DNA of 64,000 nucleotides, from assembly GCA_965219685.1 (NCBI GenBank), contig CBDCOH010000002.1, positions 32,001-96,000 on the forward strand. The letters run 5' to 3'. The notes under the pieces were generated by a model. The model worked only from the letters and a program-made list of their open reading frames with translations. It ran no database searches and was not told the origin of the DNA. Below, piece after piece: positions 13,160 through 21,750 of this stretch. Both the position numbers and the translations under genes were made by a program. This DNA comes from Candidatus Spongiisociaceae bacterium (GTDB lineage Bacteria; Actinomycetota; Acidimicrobiia; Spongiisociales; Spongiisociaceae). How positions within the stretch are numbered: the first letter of the stretch is position 1; every line of letters starts with the position of its first letter.

Positions 13160-14293
13160 ATGGGAACAGGTCGACGGAGGCTGGGCATCGCACTGATCGG
13201 AGCGGGCTTCATGGGCGACACTCACACCTACGCGTATCGCAGGGTTGCCGCGCTCCGGGCGGGCCCACCCCTGGTCCCCGATCTCTGTGTCGTGGCCGAC
13301 ATAGACGCCTCCGCCGCCGAAGAGTTCGCACGTCGATGGAGTATCCCCGCGTGGACCACGGACTGGGAGTCGGTGCTCGAGGATGGCGCGGTTGAACTGA
13401 TAGATATCTGCACGCCGCCGGACTTCCACAGCACCATAGGTGCGGCTGCTGCAGCGGCGGGTCTCCATGTCTACTGCGAGAAACCAGTGGGTCGCGACGT
13501 GTCCGAAACCCGGATGCTTGCCGAGGCGGTTCGCCGGGCAGGCGTCTTCGGGTACGTCGGGTTCAATTATCGATGGGCGCCGGCGGTCAGGCTCGCCAGG
13601 CAACTCGTCGTCGAGGGCAGGCTCGGAGATCTGGCGGAGTTGCATGTCAGGTACCAATCCTCACGGTTCTCCGATCCGGAGATCCCTTGGTATTGGAAGT
13701 TCGACCTGTCCGTCGGAGGAGGCGGGGCCCTGTCGGACCAGGGCTCGCATGCCTTCGACATGGCGCGGTTCCTCGCCGGTGAGATCTCCAGCGTGTGCGG
13801 GTTCACCGAGACTGTGATCAAGGAGCGTCCCGACCCCGAGAAGCCGGGGCACACCAAGGGTGTGGAGAACGAGGACGTATGGGCGGCACACGTCCGGTTT
13901 GCAAGCGGGGCCTTCGGAACCCTTCATGGGAGCCGGATCGCGGCCGGAACCCAGACCGAGTTCGGCTTCGACCTGTACGGATCCCTTGGAGCGGCACGAT
14001 GGACGATCCGCCATCTCAACGAACTGGAGGTGTACGAGCGCGACAGGGATGGGCTCGACGGCTTCCGGAGTATCCGCATTGGACCCGAGCACCCGTTCCA
14101 CGGAGACTACGTTCCACGTCGAGGGCACTCGATCAGTTTCAACGACCTGAAGGCGATCGAGATCAACGGGCTCATGGAGGCGCTGGCCACCGGTCGAGAG
14201 CCCAGACCCAACATCGACGACGCGCTTGCCGTGGCCCGCGTCGTGGACGCCATACCGCAGCGGACCTGGATCAACCTCAAGGACTGGAAGTGA
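13160..14293 (+). CDS. Gfo/Idh/MocA family oxidoreductase
   Basis: IGAGFMG, CEKP, GFNYR, GALSDQGSH. Confidence 0.9.
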   Translation: MGTGRRRLGIALIGAGFMGDTHTYAYRRVAALRAGPPLVPDLCVVADIDASAAEEFARRWSIPAWTTDWESVLEDGAVELIDICTPPDFHSTIGAAAAAAGLHVYCEKPVGRDVSETRMLAEAVRRAGVFGYVGFNYRWAPAVRLARQLVVEGRLGDLAELHVRYQSSRFSDPEIPWYWKFDLSVGGGGALSDQGSHAFDMARFLAGEISSVCGFTETVIKERPDPEKPGHTKGVENEDVWAAHVRFASGAFGTLHGSRIAAGTQTEFGFDLYGSLGAARWTIRHLNELEVYERDRDGLDGFRSIRIGPEHPFHGDYVPRRGHSISFNDLKAIEINGLMEALATGREPRPNIDDALAVARVVDAIPQRTWINLKDWK

Positions 14294-14300
14294 GGTACCG

Positions 14301-14978
14301 GTGACGCCTCGAGTCGACTTCGGCCCTCGTTTCGCCACGATCGACGAGGTGATCGTGTCCCGTTTCCAGGAGGCCGGAGTGGCGACCGTGGTCGAGGCCC
14401 TGGGAGTTCCCCGAGGTTTCCAACAGACCATGGCCGAAGGGATGGTCCGCCGCACGACGGGGAGGTGCATTGCCGGCCAAGCGATCACGGCAGCCAACGG
14501 GCTGGCCGACAACCTGATGATGCATGTGGCGCTCGAGGTCGCGGAACCCGGCCAAGTCCTGGTCCTGGCCGGCTCCGGGCCATTCGGTGCGGTCTGGGGC
14601 GAGATGGTGACGGTAGGCGCGATGAGCAAGGGGCTCGCCGGAGCGGTCATCGACGGATCGACACGCGATGTCGACGCCGTCGAGCGGTTGGGATTCGCCC
14701 TATGGACAACTGCGGTTCGACCCTTCGGAGCCTCGAAACAGGCCTCGGGGTCGGTCAATCGGCCCGTGACGTGTGCGGGCGTGCAGGTCTCGCCGGGGGA
14801 CTTGATCGTGGCGGACGGGGATGGTGTGGTGGTGGTGCCTCACCAACTGGTCAACGAGGCTCTCGAAGCGACCGAACGGCGCCTGCGACGCGAAGTCCGG
14901 ATCCGGGAGGCCGCTCTCGACGGCATCATGCCGGGAACCTTCACAGGCCACATAGATGGATTGGTCAGTGGTCAGTAG
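14301..14978 (+). CDS. RraA family / HMG-CHA aldolase-like protein
   Basis: DNLMMH, VWGEM, DGSTRD, PGDLIVADGDGVVV. Confidence 0.88.
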   Translation: MTPRVDFGPRFATIDEVIVSRFQEAGVATVVEALGVPRGFQQTMAEGMVRRTTGRCIAGQAITAANGLADNLMMHVALEVAEPGQVLVLAGSGPFGAVWGEMVTVGAMSKGLAGAVIDGSTRDVDAVERLGFALWTTAVRPFGASKQASGSVNRPVTCAGVQVSPGDLIVADGDGVVVVPHQLVNEALEATERRLRREVRIREAALDGIMPGTFTGHIDGLVSGQ

Positions 14979-15018
14979 TCGTTACAACGGTCAACGGATA
15001 GACGGTCCACGGTCAACG

Positions 15019-15167
15019 CATTCACCATTCACCATTCACCATTCACCATTCACCATTCACCATTCACCATCCCCCATTCACCACTCACCACTCACCACTC
15101 ACCACTCACCACTCACCACTCACCACTCACCACTCACCACTCACCACTCACCACTCACCACTCACCA
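15019..15167. repeat. Heptamer tandem array, about 21 units: TCACCAT block, then TCACCAC block
   Basis: Directly visible; supplies the end (PGEW*) of the IclR gene. Confidence 0.95.
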
Positions 15168-15922
15168 GGATGGTAGAGGGTGTCGATGGCCCGGCATCCG
15201 AGGGATCCCGAAATCTCCTTCGCCCCCTCGAGAACCAGCTTGGCCAGCGGCTCGAGTTCGTCGTCGGGTACGCGGTCGCTGGGACCTGCTACGGCAAGCG
15301 CTCCGATGAGTTGGTGATGGAAGTCGAACACCGGGGCTGCCACGCCGACCACGCTCTTGACGTAGACCTCCCGGTCCACCGCGTAGCCCTTCCTGCGGGC
15401 CTCTGCGATCCGGCATCTGAGATCATCGTCGAGTTGCTGTTCTTCCTCCGGCTGACCGAAGGCCAGGGCAACCCAGCCCATGGCGGTCTCCTTGCGAGGC
15501 CAAACGTCCCCGAGCCGGGTCAGAACCGAGAGCCGCTTGTGGGACAGCTCACGTGCCACACAGACCGGACGGTCCTCGGAGATAGCCGCGAGGTGCACGG
15601 TCTCCTCCGATTCGTCGCGTAGCCGCAGCATGACCGGCCGGCTTGCTCGCAACAGGTCTGTTCGGTCGAGCATGCGGGCCGCCAGGCGCAGCACCTTCGA
15701 CGTGACGACGTAGCGCGGTGGGCGGGAGGTTGTCTTGGAGATGTACTGAGCGGCCCGGAGGCCATTCGCCAAGCGATGGGCCTGGGCTGCATCCATCTCG
15801 AGGTGCTGTGCAACCTCGCTGATGCCGAGCCCCTCCGGATAATCGACGAGCAACTCCAAGACTCGGACCGCGTTCACGCCGGTCGGTTGACGCGCTCCGT
15901 TCTGTTTCACGCGTTTTGACAT
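15155..15922 (-). CDS. IclR family transcriptional regulator
   Basis: N-terminal HTH, EETVHLA, GYAVD, GVAAPVFD, ALAVAGP. Confidence 0.92.
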   Translation of the reverse strand: MSKRVKQNGARQPTGVNAVRVLELLVDYPEGLGISEVAQHLEMDAAQAHRLANGLRAAQYISKTTSRPPRYVVTSKVLRLAARMLDRTDLLRASRPVMLRLRDESEETVHLAAISEDRPVCVARELSHKRLSVLTRLGDVWPRKETAMGWVALAFGQPEEEQQLDDDLRCRIAEARRKGYAVDREVYVKSVVGVAAPVFDFHHQLIGALAVAGPSDRVPDDELEPLAKLVLEGAKEISGSLGCRAIDTLYHPGEW

Positions 15923-16126
15923 CGGGCCTATCTGTGGGGGAAACCACATTGTAGGAGGGTCCCTCGAAAACTATCTAACGGGGTTGGCTACTTCGAGACC
16001 CTTCCCTGGCCGCGGTACGTAGAGGGTTGCCACGAGAACCTCGCCGGCGAGAGTGCATTCCACGGCGAGAGAACTGCTCGATCCGAGAGGTCAACCGGAG
16101 TGTTCGGCAGGAACCGGGATTAATTA

Positions 16127-16166
16127 GTCAAATCATTTGACCAGTCAAAAAAACCACCGATACACT
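16127..16166 (+). promoter_or_regulatory. Putative sigma70-type promoter TTGACC-N18-TACACT overlapped by palindromes GTCAAATCATTTGAC and TTGACCAGTCAA
   Basis: AT-rich patch directly upstream of the ABC operon. Confidence 0.55.
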
Positions 16167-16194
16167 CCCCTGAGAGCCTGAAGGAGGATCTGCC

Positions 16195-17529
16195 ATGACC
16201 AAGAGGAGGACCAGACGTCGCATACTGACGGGCATCGGGTTGCTGCTCGTGTTCAGCCTCGTGGCGGCAGCCTGCGGGGACGAAGAACCCGCCGATACGA
16301 CTCAGGCGCCGGCGACGACTCAGGCACCCGCGACGACTCAGGCGCCCGCGACGACCCAGGCGCCCGCTACAACCCAGGCGCCGCCGGCCACCGAGGCGCC
16401 GCTCACGCCGCTGACGCTCCGTCTCGGGCGTTTCCCGGCTGGAGCGGGAGCCGCCTTCCTCACCCAGTTCATGATCAACGAGGACATGGTCGAGGAAGCG
16501 GGTCTCGAGTTCGGCTACGACCTCGATGTGGAATGGCTCAACATGGCCAACGCGGTTGCAACCGCCCAGTCTCTGCTGTCCGGTGACCTGGACATCGGTC
16601 CGATGGGATCGGCGGCCTACATCGCCCTCGTCGTCGAGGAGCAGCCTGTCACCCCGATAGCAGTGGCCGAAGGCCACTTCAAGTTCCTCATCGCGGTGCG
16701 CGGAGACTCCGATATCCGCAACCCGCAGGACCTGGTCGGCAGGAAGGTGGGAACAATCTTCGGTACCGGTCTGGTGGACGCGCTGGCCGCCATGCTCGAA
16801 CCGATCTTCGGTACAGCCGATGCCGAGGAGATAGGTATCGAGTTGGTGAACGTCAGCGGGATCGCCCCGCTCGCAACCGTCGCCGAGGGGATGGACGCGT
16901 CGATCGTGACCGTGCCTTCGTGGTTGTCGGCTAGGGAGGATCTGGGCGTCACAGCCATCTACAACTCGTACGGCTACACGGAGGACCACTACGAGGGACC
17001 GCTGGGCTCGGGCGCAGGCATCCTGATCCCGGAGGCGGAGAACTCTCCCTTCTGGCCGGACGGATTCGTCAGCCACCGTGCCATCACGGTCGCCAGGGAC
17101 GGGATCATCGAGGAACATCCGGGAGCGGTGGCCGCCTACCTGCTGGCCACCCAGCGCGCCATCGAGGACCTCCAGATGCGGACTCCGGCCAACGTGGCTT
17201 CCCTCTCATCGGCCGACTGGCGCCTCCTGCCGCATGTCGCGGCTCCGATCGTGTCGGAGGAGTTGCTGCTGCTCAGGGGCTGGGCCTGGCTCACGGAGGG
17301 CGAGGCCGAGGTGATGCTGCTCCAAGGTGACATTCTGCTCGCGGCGGGATCCCTCTCCGCGCCGGTCACCTGGGATGCCATGATGGCCAGCATGGCGAAG
17401 GGTGGTGGTGTGGCCAAGATGGCCTACGACGCCGCTGGTGGAGTCCCCGGCGCGGATGTGTTCGCCGATGTCACGGTTGACCGGCGGGGACCTCCGGCAT
17501 GGGAGACGGGTAGTTGGACCGCCCCATAG
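16195..17529 (+). CDS. NitT/TauT-type ABC transporter substrate-binding lipoprotein
   Basis: Lipobox AAAC, T/A/P-rich linker, SGDLDIG, DLVGRKVG. Confidence 0.85.
   Translation: MTKRRTRRRILTGIGLLLVFSLVAAACGDEEPADTTQAPATTQAPATTQAPATTQAPATTQAPPATEAPLTPLTLRLGRFPAGAGAAFLTQFMINEDMVEEAGLEFGYDLDVEWLNMANAVATAQSLLSGDLDIGPMGSAAYIALVVEEQPVTPIAVAEGHFKFLIAVRGDSDIRNPQDLVGRKVGTIFGTGLVDALAAMLEPIFGTADAEEIGIELVNVSGIAPLATVAEGMDASIVTVPSWLSAREDLGVTAIYNSYGYTEDHYEGPLGSGAGILIPEAENSPFWPDGFVSHRAITVARDGIIEEHPGAVAAYLLATQRAIEDLQMRTPANVASLSSADWRLLPHVAAPIVSEELLLLRGWAWLTEGEAEVMLLQGDILLAAGSLSAPVTWDAMMASMAKGGGVAKMAYDAAGGVPGADVFADVTVDRRGPPAWETGSWTAP
16297..16401 (+). repeat. In-frame 18-bp repeats encoding a (TTQAPA)x5 linker
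   Basis: ACGACTCAGGCGCCGGCG and variants. Confidence 0.9.
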
Positions 17530-17629
17530 TCATAGTCTGGCGGTCTTGGCGATAGACGGCCTTGACTGATCCGGCGGGGGATGCGCTTCATCATCCCCCG
17601 CCGGGAACGTCCATGATGTAGGCCCTCGG

Positions 17630-18484
17630 GTGGCAGATCGACACGATATCTTCGCTACCGGTGACAGCGCTTCGGCGGTGCAGCCAGGCAAGGCGACCAT
17701 TCCTGCCCGCTTGCGCAGGCGGGACCGGTTCCTGTCGGGCAACATTCGAGCGACCCTCCGTTACTTCCGGTCCATCGCCGCGGTGTTGCTGGTCTGGTAC
17801 CTGCTGGCCCGCTGGATCGGCAACCATGTCCTGCTCCCGGCGCCGGACCGGGTGGCGCGCAGCATGTACCGGCTCTGGACGGGCGGTGACTTCATCGAGG
17901 ATTACCTGCTCAGCGCCCAGCGTCTCCTGACTGCCTACGGAGCGGCGGCTCTCGCCGCCATCGTGCTGGGAGTCACGATGGGACTCAACCGGATCGCCAA
18001 CGAGTTCTTCGACCCGGTCGTCGAGTTGCTACGGCCGATATCGGCTCTCGCTTGGATCCCTCTTTGGTTGGCTGTGATCGGCATATCATCGACACTTCCC
18101 TACTTCGTGATCTTCTACGTCGCGCTGTTTCCCTTCCTCCTCAACACCATCGGAGGGGTACGGGGCTCCGACCCGCTGCTGATCCGCGCAGCCAGCACCA
18201 TGGGTGTACGCGGGTCGGTGATCGTCCGCCGGGTTGTATTGCCGGATGCGCTGCCGTCCGTCCTGACCGGGGCACGCCTTGCGATGGGCGGGGCCTGGAT
18301 GGCCCTGATAGCTTCGGAATTGATCGGCGCTCCCAACGGGCTGGGTTTCTCGATTCTCTTCTTCGGTGCGACCCTCAGAACCTCTGACATGATCGCGGTG
18401 ATTGCGGTCGTGGCCTTCTCCGGCTACCTGACCGACCTGGCGCTGCGGCTCCTGCAGCGGCGGCTCACTCCATGGAAGGCCTGA
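17630..18484 (+). CDS. NitT/TauT ABC transporter permease
   Basis: LRPISALAWIP, EAA-like loop, ASELIG. Confidence 0.9.
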   Translation: MADRHDIFATGDSASAVQPGKATIPARLRRRDRFLSGNIRATLRYFRSIAAVLLVWYLLARWIGNHVLLPAPDRVARSMYRLWTGGDFIEDYLLSAQRLLTAYGAAALAAIVLGVTMGLNRIANEFFDPVVELLRPISALAWIPLWLAVIGISSTLPYFVIFYVALFPFLLNTIGGVRGSDPLLIRAASTMGVRGSVIVRRVVLPDALPSVLTGARLAMGGAWMALIASELIGAPNGLGFSILFFGATLRTSDMIAVIAVVAFSGYLTDLALRLLQRRLTPWKA

Positions 18485-18485
18485 A

Positions 18486-19298
18486 GTGACCATGCAGGGC
18501 GACCGCCTCCTAACAGCCGCACGCGCGGTCGCGCTCCCCATCCTCGCGGTGGTGGTCTGGCAACTGTGGGCTTCCAACCTCCCCGCAGACAGCAATGTCC
18601 CGGTGCCGTCGGTCGTTCTCAAAGGCGCGGTCGACTTGGTAAGGAGCGGCGATCTTGCGCTGGCGATCTGGATCAGCATCCGCCGGGTTCTTGCAGGTTT
18701 TCTCGTCGCCCTTGCGATCGGGGTTCCGCTCGGTCTCTCGATGGGTATGTCGCCGTGGTTCGAGCGCAACATGGATCCGGTGGTCCAGACGTTCCGGATG
18801 ATCGCACCAGTGGCGCTGGTGCCGCTGGCGATCGTCTGGTTCGGCCCCCGCGGTGCGGCGGCGGTGTTCATAGTCGCTTACGGGGCCCTCTTCCCCATCG
18901 TTCTCAATACGATTGCGGGGGTGAAGGAGGTTGATCGCCTGCTGGTGAAAGCGGCGCGAACCATGGGCCTCAAGGGACGGCAGCTCCTCAGAACGGTCCT
19001 GCTTCCAGGTGCGCTGCCCAGCGTGTACGTCGGGATCAGGATCGCCATGGGTCTGGCATGGGGGGCGATTGTTGCCGCCGAGTTGACGGTGGGCTTCAAG
19101 GCCCTCCCGACAGCCGAAGGGGGAGCGCGCTTCGGCGCCGGAGGCGGGATCGGCTTCATGATGTTCTACCTGTACGACAACAGCGTGAGTCCCGACTTGA
19201 TAGTCGTGGCGATCGTTTCGGTGGGGGTGGTGGCGTACCTGACAGACCGCATACTCAGATACATCGGACGGAGGACGATGCCGTGGGCCCGCCTGTGA
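18486..19298 (+). CDS. NitT/TauT ABC transporter permease
   Basis: PVALVPLAIVWFG, AARTMG, VAAEL. Confidence 0.9.
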   Translation: MTMQGDRLLTAARAVALPILAVVVWQLWASNLPADSNVPVPSVVLKGAVDLVRSGDLALAIWISIRRVLAGFLVALAIGVPLGLSMGMSPWFERNMDPVVQTFRMIAPVALVPLAIVWFGPRGAAAVFIVAYGALFPIVLNTIAGVKEVDRLLVKAARTMGLKGRQLLRTVLLPGALPSVYVGIRIAMGLAWGAIVAAELTVGFKALPTAEGGARFGAGGGIGFMMFYLYDNSVSPDLIVVAIVSVGVVAYLTDRILRYIGRRTMPWARL

Positions 19299-20110
19299 AT
19301 GCCATAGATCCCGTCCTCGTGCTCTCCGACGTGTCGAAGAGCTTCTGGGTCGAACGGTCCCGCCAGTCCGTCGAAGCTGTCGAGGAATTCACCGTCGATG
19401 TGCGCCGCGGCGAGTTCTTCACGCTGGTGGGACCCTCGGGATGTGGCAAGAGCACCGTGCTCGGCATGATCGCCGGATTCGAGGCGCCGTCGTCCGGGAC
19501 CATCGCGATGAACGGGGAAGTGATCGACACGACCAGCGCCGAGCGGGGAATGCTCTTCCAGGAGTACGCCCTGTTCCCCTGGAAGACAGTGCGCGGCAAC
19601 ATCGAGTTCGGGCTGAAGCACGGTCCGAGCCGCGAGAAGGCGGCGGAACGGGCCCGGATCGTTCAGCACCATATCGATCTGGTCGGGCTCACGGGTTCCG
19701 AGGGCAAGTACCCGCACGAGTTGTCCGGCGGGATGCGCCAACGATGCGCGCTGGCCCGGCTGCTCGCCTGCGATCCCGAGGTGCTGCTCATGGACGAGCC
19801 GCTCGCGGCTCTCGACGCCCAGACCCGGCGCATCCTCCAAGAGGAGCTGCTCCGAATCTGGGGCCAGGAACGGAGCCCCAGTGACCGAAAGACGATCATC
19901 TACGTAACGCACGCGATCGACGAGGCGGTGTTCCTGTCAGACCGGGTGGGCGTCATGAGCAGGTCTCCCGGTCGCCTGAAGGAGATCGTGGAGATCGACC
20001 TGCCGAGACCTCGCAACGAAGAAACCCGAGCGATGCCCGGCGCCGCCGAACTCGAGAACGCCATCTGGAGCTTGATTCGCGAAGACGCCTACCGGGCCAC
20101 CCTTGAGTAG
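19295..20110 (+). CDS. NitT/TauT ABC transporter ATP-binding protein
   Basis: GPSGCGKST, LSGGMRQR, LLMDEP, VTH; GTG overlaps upstream TGA. Confidence 0.93.
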   Translation: MNAIDPVLVLSDVSKSFWVERSRQSVEAVEEFTVDVRRGEFFTLVGPSGCGKSTVLGMIAGFEAPSSGTIAMNGEVIDTTSAERGMLFQEYALFPWKTVRGNIEFGLKHGPSREKAAERARIVQHHIDLVGLTGSEGKYPHELSGGMRQRCALARLLACDPEVLLMDEPLAALDAQTRRILQEELLRIWGQERSPSDRKTIIYVTHAIDEAVFLSDRVGVMSRSPGRLKEIVEIDLPRPRNEETRAMPGAAELENAIWSLIREDAYRATLE

Positions 20111-20293
20111 CGCCCGATCAGTTTCAAACAAATACCTGTGCCACACCATTCGGGCAGCGTGGAGCGGGTCCATGCCGAGTATTTAGCGGAGGTGTGACGC
20201 GTTCAATCAGTCGTTTGGTTGTCGCGAGAGGAGGGACGGGCGGTCGGCGCTCTGCGAGCACAGGACACGCGAGTGTCTACAGTTCCAATGTGG

Positions 20294-21748
20294 CTACATG
20301 AAGAGCCGGTAGGGGTAGACATCGCGGGGGAGTCCGGGTACGTGGGCGATGGTTCGGGCGAGCCGCCGCGCGTAGTTGAGGGTGACCGGTAGGGGGTTGT
20401 ACAGGGCGTCGTTGTTCCAGTCCATCTTCGACAGTGCTAGGGCTTCGGTCGCGATGAGTTCGAGGGGGCCTCGTCCAGCGTGGCGCCGGAGCAGCAAGGG
20501 TGTTGGGATGCTTTTCTCGCCTTGGTAGTAGTTGCCGTATCTGGAGCCGGAGGCGGCTGGTGCGTTGCCCGCTACCCACAGAAGGGTTTCGGTGCCGCTG
20601 AGGGGTGCCATGGTTCCTCGCGTCACGGGGAAACGGGCCGGGGTGCTCAGGCTGTTTGAGTCCTGGGGCGTTTGGAGCCAGACACCCCGCCATGCCACGT
20701 TGGATACGATCTGGACGCAGTCGACTTCGGGAACGGCGGCGAGCGCGTCCAAGGCTCCTGATGTTTCGTCGTCTCGGAACGTCGTGTTCTTGTGGATCGC
20801 GATCCGGGTGGGGACTCGGCCGCCGTTGCGGCTCTGGTACAGGCGCAGGCTCCGTGCTAGAACAGCGCGCATGTCGTTCCGGCTTAGGTAGGGGTTGCGC
20901 CTTGCTGATTCGGTGTCCTCGATGGGATCACGGGCGTCGTACGCTAGGAATTGCATTCCCCCTCCGTCGGCGTCGAACACCTGGGAGCAGCAGGTCACGT
21001 ATCGAACCTCGTCACCGTTGATCCGGAGCGAATAGGCGAGACCTATGAATGCGGAGTCAGAAGGTAACCCAGGAATAGGTGCGAGTTTCCAGGGTGTGCC
21101 ACCGGCTTTGACGTAGAGGGCGATGGCGAGCCGCCATGCGCGGGAAGCGTGGTAGCCGAACTTGAACGTGCGGTCGTTGATGACCTGGGTTGGGATGCCA
21201 GTAACGGCACAGAGGGCCTTGAGTTCGTCGTGAGCGTCGAACCCGTCGTCTCGCAAGCCCGGCTCCCAGCTGTCGGGCAGGTGAACCACTGCCACGTCAT
21301 AGAGCTCCCGAACCGAAGTGAGACGCCGGACCAGTCCGGCTATTGCTGCCCGGACCCGTAGATGAGGTTCTGAGTGGTTGCTGTCGATGTCGTAGAGGTT
21401 CGCGGGTAGGCGGACCCGTGCATCTGCTGCCGCGGGTTCGAGTTGGACACCGAACACGGTCTCGAAACCCGGATAGTCCGGGAGGTAGGCCTTCCGGTCT
21501 GTCGCGGGAAGACTCTTGAGCAGGCTGTTCATCACCGTGCTCCGGTCCTGCTCGGTCGCTTCGGGTCCCGCCATGGCTACGCGTATCCGCGGGGTGAACT
21601 TCGGAAGGGCGATCTTGTCATACGGCCCGTGCTCGAGAAGCCCACGTAGGGGATGGGGATGAACAGCGCGGGCTCCGCCCGAAAACGCCAACAGCGGCTC
21701 GTCAAGAGACGAGTACGGCGCGAGTCTCGACCGGGGCCGGGAAGCCAT
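20294..21748 (-). CDS. Short prokaryotic Argonaute (MID-PIWI, catalytically inactive)
   Basis: About 484 aa; GIPTQ, YVKAGGTPWKL, FIGLAYS (no catalytic Asp), AIHK, LSKMDWNN...LPVTL..A...YRLFM. Confidence 0.9.
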   Translation of the reverse strand: MASRPRSRLAPYSSLDEPLLAFSGGARAVHPHPLRGLLEHGPYDKIALPKFTPRIRVAMAGPEATEQDRSTVMNSLLKSLPATDRKAYLPDYPGFETVFGVQLEPAAADARVRLPANLYDIDSNHSEPHLRVRAAIAGLVRRLTSVRELYDVAVVHLPDSWEPGLRDDGFDAHDELKALCAVTGIPTQVINDRTFKFGYHASRAWRLAIALYVKAGGTPWKLAPIPGLPSDSAFIGLAYSLRINGDEVRYVTCCSQVFDADGGGMQFLAYDARDPIEDTESARRNPYLSRNDMRAVLARSLRLYQSRNGGRVPTRIAIHKNTTFRDDETSGALDALAAVPEVDCVQIVSNVAWRGVWLQTPQDSNSLSTPARFPVTRGTMAPLSGTETLLWVAGNAPAASGSRYGNYYQGEKSIPTPLLLRRHAGRGPLELIATEALALSKMDWNNDALYNPLPVTLNYARRLARTIAHVPGLPRDVYPYRLFM

Positions 21749-21750
21749 CT

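Noticed and set aside
15019-15167. Heptamer arrays as CRISPR arrays
   Set aside because: Units are 7 bp and contiguous, with no unique spacers, and no cas genes are present.
16297-16401. TTQAPA repeats as a novel element
   Set aside because: Ordinary flexible linker after a lipoprotein anchor.
20294-21748. pAgo as an active slicer or long Argonaute
   Set aside because: Too short for N/PAZ domains, and the first catalytic Asp is absent.
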